Assembly (NCBI GenBank): GCA_022841445.1
Contig: JALHRM010000001.1
Location: 195,777-259,776 of the forward strand
DNA from: Candidatus Saccharimonadota bacterium
GTDB lineage: Bacteria; Patescibacteriota; Saccharimonadia; Saccharimonadales; UBA10212
Direction of reading: 5' to 3'
DNA: 64,000 bases
In this document: one piece after another, positions 62,953 to 64,000 of the stretch
Numbering within the stretch: the stretch's first letter is position 1
How the letters are laid out: the number at the start of each line of letters is the position of its first letter
Translations under genes and position numbers: made by a program
The notes under the pieces: generated by a model
The model's input: only the letters and a program-made list of their open reading frames with translations
Database searches by the model: none
Told to the model about the DNA's origin: nothing

Positions 62953-63188
62953 TCTACCTGTGTACAATGTGTGTTCAACTTGTGCAGTATCAGTGGCTAA
63001 CAGTGTTTATTTATCCACCCAATCCACAGTACCTGCACAAAAAAAGCGACCTAAGCCTTACTTACACACAGCACCCCACCCAGTTACCCTCAGGCTCTTC
63101 CCCACCCAAATACCAGTGTATTTAGCTTGTTTTCCACCATTTCCACAGGACTAATAATAATAACTACATAATATAAAGGGAAAGTACT
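62953..63188. other. Second DnaA-box cluster (dnaA-dnaN intergenic)
   Basis: TTATCCACC at 63011-63019, AATCCACAG at 63021-63029, TTTTCCACC at 63130-63138, ATTTCCACA at 63139-63147. Confidence 0.5.
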
Positions 63189-64000
63189 ATGCAACTAAAA
63201 GTAACGCAGGAAAACTTAAGTAAGGCGCTTGGAATGGTAGCTCGTGTTGCTAATAGCAGGAGTACTCTGCCTATTCTCTCAAATGTTCTACTAAAGACTG
63301 ATGGTAAAAGGCTTAGTATTTCTGCGACCAACCTCGACATCGCCATAACGGAATTTACAGGTGCAAAAATTGCTACTGAAGGTGCTATAACCGTTCCTGC
63401 CAGACTTACCCAGGATTTTGTGAGTAGTTTACCAGAAGGTGTACTTAATCTGGAGGTTGTGGATCATAAACTAAGTATTACTACCGAAAAGTACGCATCC
63501 ACGATTAACGGTGTAGTGGCTGATGAATTCCCGATTATGCCATCAATAGAAAAACCTACAATCATAAAAATAGATGCCACGAGTCTTAAAAAAGGCCTCC
63601 AACAGACACTACTAGCCGCCAGTAATGACGATAGCCGGCCAGTACTAACAGGACTATATCTCCATACGCATAATGGCGAACTATACATGGTTGCCACGGA
63701 TAGTTATAGACTGGCAGAAAAAAAACTCGGCAAGCAGATTCAAGAATCAAAACTACTTGTGCCAGCGAGTGCCCTTCAGGAATTAACAAGGCTTTTAGAA
63801 GACAAATCTGATGTGACGGTATCATATGATGATCAGCAGATAAGATTTGAACTCAACAGTGCATATTTAACCGCACGTCTTCTAGAGGGTAGTTACCCTG
63901 ACTACAGGAAGCTTATTCCCGCCTCTTTTCAAACAGTTGCCAAGCTGTCGAAGTCTGAGTTCCAAAATATCACCAAAGTATCAAGTTTATTTGCAAGAGA
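63189..64000 (+). CDS. dnaN: DNA polymerase III beta subunit (sliding clamp), 5' partial; runs off the window
   Basis: Own translation from ATG 63189: MQLKVTQENLSKALGMVARVANSRSTLPILSNVLLKTDGKRLSISATNLDIAITE... No stop before 64000, which explains its absence from the ORF track. Confidence 0.9.
   Translation, partial: MQLKVTQENLSKALGMVARVANSRSTLPILSNVLLKTDGKRLSISATNLDIAITEFTGAKIATEGAITVPARLTQDFVSSLPEGVLNLEVVDHKLSITTEKYASTINGVVADEFPIMPSIEKPTIIKIDATSLKKGLQQTLLAASNDDSRPVLTGLYLHTHNGELYMVATDSYRLAEKKLGKQIQESKLLVPASALQELTRLLEDKSDVTVSYDDQQIRFELNSAYLTARLLEGSYPDYRKLIPASFQTVAKLSKSEFQNITKVSSLFAR

Noticed and set aside
1-64000. tRNA, rRNA, transposase, integrase, toxin-antitoxin or known defence-system genes
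   Set aside because: The non-coding gaps are all short (140 nt or less) except the small-ORF region at 41176-41429 and the oriC gaps (61224-61560 and 62953-63188). None shows a tRNA-like T-arm or acceptor pattern. No ORF carries recombinase, nuclease-helicase or Cas-like motifs that I could recognise by eye.

Overview
This 64-kb chromosomal window is densely coded and ends at the replication origin, with the order jag-yidC-rnpA-rpmH | oriC | dnaA-dnaN. Standard genetic code, short intergenic gaps, many 4-nt gene overlaps and monoderm-type envelope genes suggest a streamlined Patescibacteria/CPR organism, possibly Saccharibacteria-like. That assignment is inference only. I found no tRNA, rRNA, CRISPR array, transposase or integrase. 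Contents from left to right: (1) 0-2.2 kb holds two paralogous Asn/Ser-rich secreted proteins, a class-F-like sortase and a DUF427 protein. (2) 2-13 kb is housekeeping: a fused trehalose-6-P synthase/phosphatase, a MarP-like CvpA-serine protease, a pgl-gnd-zwf oxidative pentose-phosphate operon, an ABC-2 exporter, nadD and guaA. (3) 13.7-19 kb is a single 1755-aa surface protein built from seven CBM6/35-like modules. (4) 19-27.6 kb is a seven-gene, same-strand locus of secreted or membrane proteins. It includes a 780-aa fibre, two DUF916/DUF3324-like membrane proteins and two WxL/pilin-like beta-rich proteins. I consider this the best candidate for an undescribed surface-appendage or host-attachment system. 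(5) 27.6-59 kb is a very large envelope-glycan island. It carries a priming transferase, an O-antigen-ligase-like protein, GtrA, galE, manC/PMM, rfbBCDA, gmd/rmd, wzm/wzt, several glycosyltransferases and an aminotransferase/ATP-grasp/methyltransferase tailoring cassette. Two giant secreted proteins (a beta-helix/FG-GAP protein and a repeat protein with a hydrolase-like head) interrupt it. All functional calls rest on motifs read by eye from the translated ORFs. No database search was run.
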